DNA from: Octopus vulgaris
Taxonomy: Eukaryota
Assembly (NCBI GenBank): GCA_951406725.2
Contig: OX597824.1
Location: forward strand, 28,210,001-28,274,000
Reading direction: 5' to 3'
Length of the DNA stretch: 64,000 bases
Part shown: piece by piece, positions 27,601 to 40,290 of the stretch
Numbering within the stretch: the stretch's first letter is position 1
How the letters are laid out: each line of letters begins with the position of its first letter
The notes under the pieces: model-generated
Told to the model about the DNA's origin: nothing
What the model saw: only the letters and a program-made list of their open reading frames with translations
Databases searched by the model: none
Program-made: the position numbers and the translations under genes

Positions 27601-28441
27601 ATTATCTTATATAATTCACATATGCTAATAAAGAAATATATATATATCACATGCAAAAGTACAATACTAGTAGTCATTTGCTTAACATTACGTTAAGAGC
27701 GCCATGTATAATTTTGTCATTGTTCCCATGAGTCTTCAATCAGAAACACCAATAGATGTTTACACAAATATAATGTGATAAGGAATAAAACGATTCTAGC
27801 CGCCTGTGCTTAAGATATCAAAATTAGTGCATCTAATTAGAGAGGGCATCCCTTGAGAAAGTACTCCAGTAAAATGAGTGGAGCTTGTTGATTAGATTGT
27901 ACCTGAAATTCTTAGGTGAAACATTGCCATTTATTGTGTCATGCTTATTCGTTCTGGGAATTATGTTCAGAGTACGCTTTGGTGTAGAACAATAAGCCAT
28001 ATCCGTGTTAATTCAATAGACGTGCAATTGAATTGGTTCAACTATAGGATGCTCATCGTCGTAAACATCGAAGGATTTTTCATTGCAGTATAATATCTAA
28101 TTAGTTACGTGAGCATCATGGAAGCATGTAAAAATAAAATGCATATTATCAGTATATATATATATATATATATAACTATAGATACTACATATATATTAAT
28201 AATATAGTTAGTTTATATAATGGTTGTGTGTATACTTGAACTATTTCCTATTTTTGATTCCAATATTTATAGCTTGTACTAGCTTTGTGTATATTAATTA
28301 AGGTTTTTAGTATAAATTGCTTAATGTGTATTAGAGTTTATTTGGATGTTTATTAAATGAATATATTAATTAATAATTTGATTTAATGTAAAAAGTTTAA
28401 GGTGTTGTATTTAATTTTCAATTAATGTATATTTTGTATCT

Positions 28442-28473
<32 letters not shown>

Positions 28474-28559
28474 TTTATTTATTCTAAGAATATATTTGTA
28501 TTTTACAAGGTTATTTATGTATATTCATTAATTAATTATTTTATTATTGTAGTCATCTT

Positions 28560-28666
28560 TAACCTGATGAGTGGTTATCTTTATATTGAAGTGATTTTTT
28601 TACTACTACTACTAATATTTTTACTATAATCATTTCTTAAATATAGCCAGGAAACACGTGTCGTTA
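28560..28666 (+). ncRNA. Type I hammerhead motif with extended stem II
   Basis: TAAC-CTGATGA-GTGGTTAT...ATAGCCAG-GAAA-CACGTG-TC-GTTA; palindromic ACACGTGT at stem III; closing pair of stem II mismatched (G-G). Confidence 0.7.
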
Positions 28667-28850
28667 TTATACCAAATATATACGTTTTATTTATTATTTT
28701 GCACATTACTTAATCATCGTTCTATGTTTTATCTTATATTTAATATTTCTATAATATGTAATTTTCTAGATGGTGTAATTTTTCATTATTGAATTGATAA
28801 AGGATGTTTTTTTCTAATTTATATATATTCGCACACACACACATATATAT

Positions 28851-28906
<56 letters not shown>

Positions 28907-28977
28907 TTTTTTGTGAAATTTGATTTAGAATTTATAAATTGAAGTTTTCCTGCAAGTTTGGAATACTATTCCCTCAT

Positions 28978-29072
<95 letters not shown>

Positions 29073-29175
29073 GTGTGTGTGCGTGTGTGTGCATGTATGA
29101 ATGAATGTACGTATGTATGTAGGTATATAAGACAAATGAAAGACAGAAGGTGGATTATACGATAATTAATTATTA

Positions 29176-29278
29176 ATCACAATTGTTTCGACACATTTAG
29201 CATCGATCACTCATGGGTGGGACACTCAACAACTGGTTCAGGGACCTCCAGTGGTGCAGATGTACCTCGTCCGGTGAT
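29176..29278 (-). ncRNA. Decayed hammerhead motif
   Basis: Minus ATCAC-CGGACGA-GGTACAT...ATGTGTC-GAAA-CAATT-GTGAT; non-canonical core position 4. Confidence 0.4.
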
Positions 29279-29305
29279 ATATACATATATATATATGTAT
29301 GTATG

Positions 29306-29340
<35 letters not shown>

Positions 29341-29363
29341 ATATCTATCTATCTATCTATATA

Positions 29364-30346
29364 GTTATCAGTAATAATAAAAGGGTGAAATTAATTAATT
29401 AGGGATAATTATCAATTACACCAAGTAGATTTCGGTATGTAAAAGCCCCATTCGAGGAAAATTTAAGTAATACTAAGTAATTAAGGGTTTAGCAACGAAT
29501 TGCCTCACCAACACACCGAATTTAGAAATAGCAGTCAAAGAGATATAGCTATTCCTTCTACTAAAAGGGGGATCTCAGTAAAAACACAGCACTTAAAAGG
29601 CAAACACAGACAGGTAAGAAAGAAAGAATGAAATGACGGCAATCCATCATGCAATTTTAAGTTACCTACGGACGTACGTTTCGAGATCAAGTTTTAGGAT
29701 ATCATAAGAATTAGAAAATTCTACTTTACCCATACTTCTTCTCTCATCGGCGCAGGATACTACAATTGTGAATAATTGTATATTAAATTTTGAGATACTA
29801 GAATGCGTCATCTCAACTCAGTGTCAGAGCGAGCCAAAGCATGACCAGTACCACGAAATTCAAAGTTTGAATGAAAGTTTGTGTCACCAGCCCCCTTCCA
29901 CCCGCGTGTAGCCAAGACAAAATGCTGTGGTCACTTACTGGGATAAAATATGGTTATCAGTAATAATAAAAGGGTGAAATTAATTAATTAGGGATAATTA
30001 TCAATTACACCAAGTAGATTTCGGTATGTAAAAGCCCCATTCGAGGAAAATTTAAGTAATACTAAGTAATTAAGGGTTTAGCAACGAATTGCCTCACCAA
30101 CACACCGAATTTAGAAATAGCAGTCAAAGAGATATAGCTATTCCTTCTACTAAAAGGGGGATCTCAGTAAAAACACAGCACTTAAAAGGCAAACACAGAC
30201 AGGTAAGAAAGAAAGAATGAAATGACGGCAATCCAAGGTAACTTAAAATTGCATGATGGATTGCCGTCATTTCATTCTTTCTTTCTTACCTGTCTGTGTT
30301 TGCCTTTTACTGAGATCCCCTTTTAGTAGAAGGAATAGCTATATCT
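29364..30346 (-). mobile_element. HHR element H2: 283-bp direct repeats (period 589) plus terminal inverted segment
   Basis: 29364-29646 = 29953-30235 (identical by eye); 30236-30346 is reverse complement of ~29541-29667 with a 15-bp deletion; flanked by TA/TATC tracts. Confidence 0.9.
29665..29756 (-). ncRNA. Type I hammerhead motif (CCGATGA core)
   Basis: Minus CCTGCG-CCGATGA-GAGA...TCTC-GAAA-CGTACG-TC-CGTAGG: 6-bp stem I, 4-bp stem II base, palindrome ACGTACGT, GUC site. Confidence 0.75.
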
Positions 30347-30402
30347 ATCTATCTATATATATATATATATATATATATAAACAACCATGCGTGACATCAT
30401 AA

Positions 30403-30446
<44 letters not shown>

Positions 30447-30575
30447 TAAAAAGAATTCCAACCTTGTCTGATTTTCACGTTTTATTTACAATCTTATAAT
30501 GATATATTATAAGATAATATATTATAATTGAATAAAATAAAATGAAATAGTAGAATGTTAAATATTCATTCTGAT

Positions 30576-30620
30576 TGAACTAGTACTTTCATGCATTGAA
30601 TTCTGCAATCTTCGGGTTCA
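30576..30620 (-). ncRNA. Minimal type I hammerhead motif (mirror copy)
   Basis: Exact reverse complement of 31206-31250. Confidence 0.7.
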
Positions 30621-31205
30621 TGTAGTAGTGTTGACAGTCATGCTTCACAATTTTTGACTGTAGCAAGATGAGTGATTCTGTGCTATAAATACAGCTGGGT
30701 AGGCTCCAGAGTGCTAGGTTTTGCAAACTGTATTCTGACCAATCAGTGTGTAGTATCACTCAATTACTTAAGCTGATTGGTTGGTTGAGCTGATTGGTTT
30801 AGGCATCACGCTTTGTTGGACAGGTCAAGAGTCCTGTATCTTGACCCTGGCCGAAGCAACAATAATTAAGGTGCTGACAATGATGATGATGACAATTGAA
30901 ATATAAAAATATAAAAATCTCTGACAAAGGATATTTACAACATTTCTAAAAATAACCCAACAATTGCTGCTTCGGCCAGGGTCAAGATACAGGACTCTTG
31001 ACCTGTCCAACAAAGCGTGATGCCTAAACCAATCAGCTCAACCAACCAATCAGCTTAAGTAATTGAGTGATACTACACACTGATTGGTCAGAATACAGTT
31101 TGCAAAACCTAGCACTCTGGAGCCTACCCAGCTGTATTTATAGCACAGAATCACTCATCTTGCTACAGTCAAAAATTGTGAAGCATGACTGTCAACACTA
31201 CTACA

Positions 31206-31250
31206 TGAACCCGAAGATTGCAGAATTCAATGCATGAAAGTACTAGTTCA
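31206..31250 (+). ncRNA. Minimal type I hammerhead motif (CCGAAGA core)
   Basis: TGAAC-CCGAAGA-T-TGCA-gaattcaa-TGCA-T-GAAA-GTAC-TA-GTTCA: 5-bp stem I, 1-bp stem III capped by palindromic GTAC. Confidence 0.7.
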
Positions 31251-31412
31251 ATCAGAATGAATATTTAACATTCTACTATTTCATTTTATTTTATTCAATT
31301 ATAATATATTATCTTATAATATATCATTATAAGATTGTAAATAAAACGTGAAAATCAGACAAGGTTGGAATTCTTTTTATTAATATATTCTTCTATACAC
31401 AATCACACACAC

Positions 31413-31450
<38 letters not shown>

Positions 31451-31530
31451 TCAGGCAATTCCATAACTTTTGTCCGATTTTACCTTTTTTAAAATTGAAC
31501 AAAATTCAATAGGATTTTAGAATGTCTAAA
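31451..31530 (+). mobile_element. Orphan left end of the mariner family seen at 58528
   Basis: TA-TCAGGCAATTCCATAACTTTTGTCCGATTTTACC...AATAGGATTTTAGAATGTCTAAA aligns with 58528-58607. Confidence 0.8.
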
Positions 31531-31532
31531 CA

Positions 31533-32363
31533 AGGGCAAAAGAAAAAAGATTTCTATCCCAATATGCTGAGAAAAAACTTTAAATCGTCAATCAGCACAT
31601 TATAATATACATTCACTATGAATACACGTCGTGCTGAAATCGAGGAAGGTAAGCTAACAGAATTGACGATTTAAAGTCTTTTCTTAGCATATTGGCATAG
31701 AAATCTTTTTTCTTTTGCCTTAGTTTATAATTGTTTATAATTTTCACTTTTAAAGGTACTTTAATATGCTGTCACTTTGATGAAATATTTTTTGGGGAAA
31801 AAATTTATCCTATATTAGAAGTAAATTTATTACCATTCACTTCGGGACTGCTAACCACCGAAAGGTGTGGTTCATGAGCAGTCACACGTGTGCTGAGGTT
31901 TGCTAAAGGATTTTGCATTTAGATATAACTGGGATACTTATGTGTACTCCTATCTCTTGCTTCTGCATTTTTTCACGTGTGCTGTACGTATGTCATGTAT
32001 TTCTTATCGTATTCTTCCACAGAAGAGGGAAAATCCGCGGGATGAATCCCGAAATTGATTCAATACAGAGATAACGAATTAAAAAAAAGTCTGTTAGCTT
32101 GACTTCCTCGATTTCAGCACGACATGTATTCATGGTGAATGTATATTATAATGTGGTGATTGACGATTTAAAGTCTATTCTCAGCATATTCGCATAAAAG
32201 TCTTCTTTTCTTTTGCTCTTATTTATAATTGTTTAGAATTTTCATCTTTAAATGTATTATATGTTTCCACTTTGATGAAATATGTTTTGGGAAAAAGTTT
32301 TATCCTATATTAGAAGTAAATTTATCACCATTCACTTCGGGACTGGTAAGTTGTGGTTCATGA
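31533..32363 (+). mobile_element. HHR element H4: inverted segment + ~200-bp direct repeats (period ~497) with decayed HHR (~32009-32068)
   Basis: 31533-31660 is reverse complement of ~32090-32220; 31662-31877 repeats at 32159-32363; CAGAAGA-GGGA...TCCC-GAAA at 32020-32054. Confidence 0.8.
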
Positions 32364-32475
32364 TAGATAGATATACATACATATACATACACACCCACAT
32401 ATACATGTATGTGTAGGTGTGTATATGCACATACATATATACATCCATACATATATATATTTTTATATATACATA

Positions 32476-32512
<37 letters not shown>

Positions 32513-33107
32513 GGATCGTCTCTCCCTGAATATAAATAATAACCTCGTTAACTGTTTTACATTCGCTATCTTCACAAGAGCTTTTTCGTTCATTTACATA
32601 GGAATGTATTGAGCCACACATTTAGACAGAAAATTCCTCTGCATTTGCAACACTGGAAGCATTTTGCAACGCTCGAAGTACCGTTAGCGCGTTGCACAAA
32701 ACGCATATCGGCAATCCCTTCGTTTTTTTTACGTTCTGAATTCAAATCCCGCCGAGAATGACTTTGCATTTACCTGCCATCCTTTCGGAGCTGATAAAAT
32801 AAGGTCTCCTTGAGCAATGGTGCCGATAGTAATCACCCTACGCCATCCCCTACACAAATTACTGACCTTGTACCAAAATTTGAAACCGCCATGTGAGCCA
32901 TTGGAGCATATTGTAATGCACAACAAACATCTTAATCTAGATAAGCTAACGGTTGTCGATTACATTACCATCTTATATGGAATTCTACAAGTAATTAGGT
33001 AATTAACAAAGGAAGCTTTATCCGACTCATTAATCAACAGACAGATACCATAGATATTAGATATATTAAGAAAGTAAAAGTTAATAACAGTTGTAAGCAT
33101 AGATCTA

Positions 33108-33172
33108 GTTTATTTCCTGATGAGAAATCATTTAGACTTAGTAATTATTATTACGAAGCTATTATAATAAAC
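33108..33172 (+). ncRNA. Decayed hammerhead motif
   Basis: GTTTATTTC-CTGATGA-GAAAT...ATTAC-GAAG-CTAT-TA-TAATAAAC; GAAA is GAAG. Confidence 0.35.
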
Positions 33173-33254
33173 AATCTCTTTAAAGCAGCCTTCTATTATT
33201 TACACAGCTGTACTAAATTTCTTAAACGCAATAATAATGTACCAAATATTGTTT

Positions 33255-33860
33255 TCAAAATTTGGCACATGGCCAGCAATTCCAGAGGAGAGAGATAAAT
33301 CAATTACATCTTACCCCAGTGTCCAACTGGTACTTTTTTTCATCGACCCTGAAAGGATGAAAGGCACAGTCGACTTCGGCGAAAGTTGAACTCAGAACGT
33401 AAAAATGGATGAAATGCCGTAACGATTCTGCCAACTCATCGCCAATGGTGTGCCCCCAAATATTCTTTTTTATTCTAGCCACAAGGCCCAAAATTTGTGG
33501 GTAGGGGGCAAGTCTATTACGTCGACCCTAGAATGTAACTGGTACGTAATTTATCGACCCCAAAATGATGAAAGACAAAGTCAACCACTGCGGAATTTGA
33601 ACTCAGAACGCAAAAGGAGATGTGCCTCGGAGGGTAACTTTCTAGGTGAAAAACCATGGTCAGTCATGACCGGAGGGGGTATCAAATATATATATACAAC
33701 AGGCTTCTTTCAGTTTCTGTCTACCATATCCAGTCTGAATGTTTGGTCTGCTCGAGGCTATAGCTGAAGAGACTTGCCTAAGATCCAACGGATTGAGACT
33801 GAACCCGGTGGCATGTGGTTGGAAACAAATTTTCTTACCCCACTACTACGCCTGCGCCTA
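33255..33860. mobile_element. Cluster of SINE A (two minus copies), SINE D tail and SINE B (minus) fragments
   Basis: Family-diagnostic motifs at 33340-33400, 33540-33610, 33628-33676, 33700-33858. Confidence 0.75.
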
Positions 33861-34456
33861 TATCAAAAACTTTTCTACTGATTTTCGAGATTAAATACTT
33901 GCTCCAATTTTTCACATAAGGCCGGGAATTTTAAAGCATCTACTCGAAGGATTATCTCTTTGAAAAGCGAGCCTGTCAACACTGGTATCCGTTCAAAAAA
34001 TTAATCGTTAACACCATCAAAATTTTAGAAGCTAGGTGTAGTTATTTTTAGGTGCAGTACAGTACTTGATTAGTGACATAATTTTATTTTTGACTGTTTG
34101 ATATGAAACAATATCGACCACAGTAGGATAGGAAATCAGAACGAGAATTGACATAAATAAAGGCCGAAAATAATTCTGTTCCAATCCTCTACTTATTTTG
34201 CCAGCAACAGTCATTGAACAAATTATAATCATTCTGTCTGCCATTGGAACGAGGTCTGAAATTTTGTTACTTGGGAGTGGGATTGACGATTAAATCGACT
34301 GGGGCATTTCATTGGTACATTGTTTCATTCACACCAAAAATATGAAAGGCAAAGTCGACTTTGGCGGAATTGAATTCAGAAGGCAAAGAGTCGATAGAAA
34401 TACCGTTAAGTATTTTCATTGACATTCTAAATGTTCTCATAGCACGTTGCCTACTA

Positions 34457-35004
34457 TTGGGTTGTCCGGAAAGTTCATGCCGATTTTTAAAGGAAAGAAA
34501 AAGGTAAAAAAATACATGACATTACATTTTTTATCATCCAAATATGAAACATTTTGTTGCACAATGCGTCTCCATCTTTCCTTTAACAGGAAAATACCCT
34601 CTTCCCAGAATTGGAGTGGTTTTATGGCAAAGAATTCATCAAGGTATCTTTTTACACCATTCAAGAAATTGAAATTTTTACCATTAAGATTATTCTGCAG
34701 AGACCGGAATAAATGGAAATCCGAAGGAGCAATATCTGGTGAAGTGTAGAGTAACACATTCCAGCCGAGCAGCAGCAATTTTTTTTTGTCAAGTGCCGAA
34801 AATGAACTTTCTTATCTTCCATTTTAAAGGGTTACAGATTTAACACAGGTTATCGGAACATAAACTTACTTCCACGAAAATATAGTTTAAACTGTGCTCT
34901 AAATGGAGGTGAAATCAAATCCTATTTTATGGACTCGACCATGTTCTAAAATAAGTCGAAATATAAGCTACTGTAAATCGGCACAAACTTTCCGGACAAC
35001 CCAA
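34457..35004 (-). mobile_element. Internally deleted mariner (548 bp)
   Basis: TA flanks; TIRs TTGGGTTGTCCGGAAAGTT..TGCCGATTT at both ends; C-terminal transposase SPDIAPSDFHLFRSLQNNLNGKNF...FWEEGI..L.ERW. Confidence 0.92.
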
Positions 35005-35014
35005 TAATATGACA

Positions 35015-35208
35015 AGGGCTGCAATTTAGAGGGGAAGATAAAGCGATTACATCTATCCCAGTGCTCAACCGTTACATAATCTATCGACCCCGAATAGAAT
35101 AAAAGCAAAGTCGACAACAGCGCGGTTTGAATTCAGAGACGGAAGAGCCGTAAAAAATACGTCTAAGCATTTTGGCCGGCATGGTAACGAATCTACCAAC
35201 TCGCCGCC
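35015..35208 (-). mobile_element. Diverged SINE family A
   Basis: Ends CCAACTCGCCGCC; core motif present. Confidence 0.75.
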
Positions 35209-35495
35209 TTAAATAATATGAATAAGTTAAAATAACAAGGGAAACAACAAACAGTAACGAATTCATGTATATGAAATAATGTTAATAATGTAAACTGAAA
35301 ACAGGATGCTTGAACAAAAGAAAAATTTGTTTGGCATTCATATGCGAAGTAATATAACCTAGTGATATATTTATTTTTCTCTCCCTAAACGCTACTCTGT
35401 AAGAATCCATTCATTGTTAAAAGCACCACCTCCCTCTCTTCCATATCCATACACAGTCACACACAGAGAGACAGATAAATACAAGCATATATATA

Positions 35496-35531
<36 letters not shown>

Positions 35532-35752
35532 TGTATGTATGTATGTATGTATGTATGTATGTATGTGTATGTATGTATGTGTGAGTGTGTGTTTGCATAC
35601 ATGAGACAAAAGTAAAATTCTTTATTGCCATTTGTAAATTATTTCAAATGATTCTCTAATGTTACGGCCACGCATAGATAAAAACAGTTATATGGAAGAA
35701 GCAGAAGAAACGAAATGAAATATAATGAAGGGAAAATAAATAAGAGAAAATA

Positions 35753-35833
<81 letters not shown>

Positions 35834-36880
35834 TATATATTCTATCAAAATGTTTTGTTAAAATAAATGTATATGGCAAAAAAAATAATAATAATAAATA
35901 ATAAAGGCAGATAAAAAATTAATACAAATGGTGTATAAATAAAAATAATTTAAAAATATTATTTAAAAGAAAAACGACAACGAAAATAAATGCTACAATG
36001 TCACAATAGGAAAAATGTTATCTCTGTAAACTAAAAGGTTAATGTACATTTATCTATATGACTGTATATATAAACAATATATGCATACACATAATATATA
36101 TGATATACACATCAGGGTATATATATATATATGCATATATATGTATATATGTATGTTTGTATGTGATGACGTTTTTTTATAGGAATGAATTTACTGTTCA
36201 AGCGCTATGGTGGGACACTAAATTTTCGTGATGTTAAGTAAAGCTTTTAACAGACATATTGTTCCATGCTATTTTCACGATTTTAATGATGTAAATGTGT
36301 ATGTATGTGCATCATGTACATATTCTACATAAGATTCTTTTAGTACGTATACATATTTCAATATATGGATGTCTAGTTGTTTTTATCCATATACATATAA
36401 TTGTTATATATATATATATATATATATATGCATATACACATAAGAATGCATGGATATACGCAAAAATAATTAAATATGTATATGAGGTATACCCAAATGC
36501 AAAGATATATATTTTTTCATTTTATATTTTATCATTATGTACAAATATTAAAGTTATGTGTTTATCGGTTTGTATATAATAGAAGTTTTCCATTATGATC
36601 GCTAATATACGTGAGAGTGCGTGTGTGTTTCTGAGTATGTTTGTGTCTGTGTGTAATTGCGCGTGTGTGACTGCATCTGCTTGCGAATATGCGCTGTGTT
36701 TTAAACATGAATGCAGGCCATTTGCATAGATAAAGCTGTATATGAGTACATGTACATAAATATGTATATACTTATGCAAGTTCGTATGCCTGTGCATGTG
36801 TATGTACCAATGTTTGTGAGTGTAGGTTTGCATCAAATTCTTTATCCATCTAGCTATCTATCAATCCCTCTATCTATCAA

Positions 36881-36923
<43 letters not shown>

Positions 36924-37219
36924 CTCTCTCTCTCTCTCTCTCTATATACATATATATATATACACATACCACTTTAGAATAGCAAACACTTAAGTATAAA
37001 TGTGCATGCAAGCCTGTACGTATATATTTGTGTGTGTGTGTGTGTGTTTCTGTGCATGTGTTTCTGTGTGTAAGATGTATATTAAAATTCATATAAAGTT
37101 ATATATAGGTACGTAGATAGATACGTCAATATATATGCTTAAAAACATGCATATAAATTCATATAAACACATGGATGTATGTGTGTGCGCATATATGTGT
37201 GTACGTGTGCATAGCGAAA

Positions 37220-37271
<52 letters not shown>

Positions 37272-37313
37272 TATACATATATATACATATATACAGAAAT
37301 AGAGCTAGCTAGC

Positions 37314-37580
<267 letters not shown>

Positions 37581-38162
37581 ATGAATTTTCAAATTAGGCT
37601 AAACTTAACAATTCCGCATGCATCTTTCGCAAAATATAATTCTATCAAATATTATAAAATTTCACCAACAAACAATAAGTAGGGCATTCCTTTCCATTCA
37701 CGAGAAGAAGAAATCGAAAAAATATCTAACAATTTAATATTTTTTTCTCTATATTAAGAACTGCATCATATCAGACATTCTTTTACATTCAAGTATGTAT
37801 CAATCACTCATTCATGCGCTAATTTATGAAATCCTTCTTCCATCGTATCATTGATTCAATTATACTTCTCTTCAGAGAAAGGACATGAGGAGAAATTTCT
37901 CGTTGATATTATTGAAGTTGCCCTGGCTAGGCGTACACCAGCAGAATTTTTAGGAGTTTTACAATGTCTTTGGCAAATCAGGTGAATCAATATATACATA
38001 CATACATACATACATACATACATACATACATACACACACACATACAAGCATACATGTGTATGTGTGTGTAAGTATGAGTGTGTGTTTATGTCGTTGTTGT
38101 GAAATAAAAGTGGACTACGATATATATAAACACACGCTCATACACAAACTTTCACACACCTA

Positions 38163-38205
<43 letters not shown>

Positions 38206-38269
38206 TTGCATATGTATATATTGAGAGAGGCAGACAGCGAGAGCGAGAGAGATCTATGTATGTATACAT

Positions 38270-38412
38270 AGGCGTGGCTGTGTGGTAAAAAAGCTAAGTT
38301 CACAATCACATGGTTATATGTTCTTCTTGTGCATGAATCTTCAACTATAGCCTCGGGCCGACCAAAGCCTTGTGAGTGGATTTAGTAGACGGAAACTGAA
38401 AGATTCCCGTCG
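38270..38412 (+). mobile_element. SINE family B 5' part
   Basis: GGCGTGGCTGTGTGGTAA...CTATAGCCTCGGGCCGACCAAAGCCTTGTGAGTGG. Confidence 0.8.
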
Positions 38413-38852
38413 TATTTATAATCTTGTATCCCTGCTCTAAGGCTTTATATCCACACACGCCAACTTGATTTAATTCGTCCTTAGTCGAAAGACACCCGTT
38501 GTTATGTCCTAATATTTGTATTTGTGAAACTTTCTCCGTTTTTTCCGCCCTTGTTTTCGTATTAATTCGCTGCTTTCTTTCAAGGAATCTAATGCTCTTA
38601 GCTTATTTTTTCGCTGGGGCTGGTCAGTTCGGAGCAATCTCGAGTATAACCAGCCGAAATTACAAACATAATCTGGAACTTGACTGCGGAAAGAAAACTC
38701 TGAATGACCCGTCGTTGCTTTCTTTGTATCGTCTATCTAGATGTTTTGTTGTCCCTTTCTTGTATTACCTAACTTGTCTGAATTCTTCTACTAAAACGGA
38801 GGTGTTCCAGCACAGCCACAGACAAAATGATTGAAACGAGTAAAATATTAAA

Positions 38853-38921
<69 letters not shown>

Positions 38922-39062
38922 ACAGACGGAGATATGTATGTATATATTTATAAATACACACATATACACATGCACGCGCGCACACACACACATATACCTA
39001 TTCGAAACGCTAACCGTTTTCTACAACGAATTCTTTATACTTTCGCCATATTTGATAAAGAT

Positions 39063-39123
39063 TTTGTCTGATGAAACATATATTGATTATATGAAAATGT
39101 CTTAAGAAACGGAATGTCACAAA
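39063..39123 (+). ncRNA. Type I hammerhead motif, canonical core
   Basis: TTTGT-CTGATGA-aacat...atgtcttaa-GAAA-C-ggaat-G-TC-ACAAA: 5-bp stem I, GUC site; stem II weak. Confidence 0.55.
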
Positions 39124-40079
39124 TCTTTTGGTAAGAAGTTTTCGTATGTTGTAAACTCTGTCGCTGTTTACAGATTTTCAGACACACGTGTTGTTTGTTA
39201 ATCTATTTAGAGGAATTTGTTTTTAGTAGTGGTATTAAGTATTTCCGATTTAGTCTTGGATTTAGATTTCTTATCATGTATTACCCGTTTGCTTTTTCAC
39301 TGTTTCCGTCTTTTCTTCGGAAAATAGGAAATATTATAAATTTTTCATTTACACATATGTCGAAGTGTTCCGTACATTGAACATTGAACATTTCTAAGTG
39401 ATGAATCTTTTATTGCTTCTTATATATCCTAACCCGTAGCAATAATTTAACTCACGTTTGGTTCATGTAACTATCACTGCATTGTCTCTATGTAATGCAT
39501 TAAATGTTCTCTTTTGGTTGTTTTGCAATTCATATCTGAACTAAGCATTGTTTACTTCCCTTTCTTAAAATCTTTGCTTTGCCTTGTTCAATTACTTCAC
39601 ACGCCCCACAACGAACTTTCTGTATTTTATTAACTGCATTATTTCTCATTCTGATGTGTGAATTTTGCCACTGTTAAGAATTGTTTAATATTCCGTGGCT
39701 GTCTTTGGCAGTTGATAATTCATGATTTTTTGGGGGGAGGAATTTTATAAGAGATGAAAAATTTGAGGGAATCGTTTCGACGACTATAAGCTGTTACGGT
39801 TTCATAATGCCAATTCTAAGCATTTGTTTTAGCTTCGTAGCTAGATTTTATTTTACTCGAGGAGCCTGTATCAACATTTCCATACTACACCTCATCCGTT
39901 CAACGTTAATAATTCTTTTCATGGCTAACCATCCTCATTTGATGATGATAGCCTTCGTTAATTTCCTCTTAACGAGTTCGCTGTCCATCACTTATGGCTT
40001 ATGACGAGATTAGTTTCTGATCTGTTGTAGATAAGACGTATAATCAGCATCCTACTTACACGATTTCCATACGATCCAA

Positions 40080-40290
40080 GGCGGTGAGCTGGTAGAAACG
40101 TTAGCACGCCGGGCGAAATGCTTAGAGGTATTTCGTCTGTCTTTTATGTTCTGAGTCCAAATTACGCCGAGGTCAACTTTGCCTTTCATCCTTCCGGGGT
40201 CTATAAATTAAGTAGCAGTTGCGTACTGGAATTCATGTAATCGACTGGACCCTCCCCCAAAATTTCGGACCTTGTGCCTAGAGTAGAAAA
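40080..40290 (+). mobile_element. SINE family A monomer with second tail type
   Basis: Head, core and tail CCTTGTGCCTAGAGTAGAAAAG. Confidence 0.88.

Larger units (their letters stand above)
30438..31388. mobile_element. HHR element H3: near-perfect 426-bp inverted duplication with 99-bp spacer
   Basis: 30438-30863 is the reverse complement of 30963-31388 (one mismatch seen, 30859/30967); TA tracts on both sides. Confidence 0.92.

Noticed and set aside
29364-30235. LTR/TRIM interpretation of the 283-bp direct repeats
   Set aside because: No TG...CA ends, PBS, PPT or TSD; HHR and inversion fit PLE/retrozyme better
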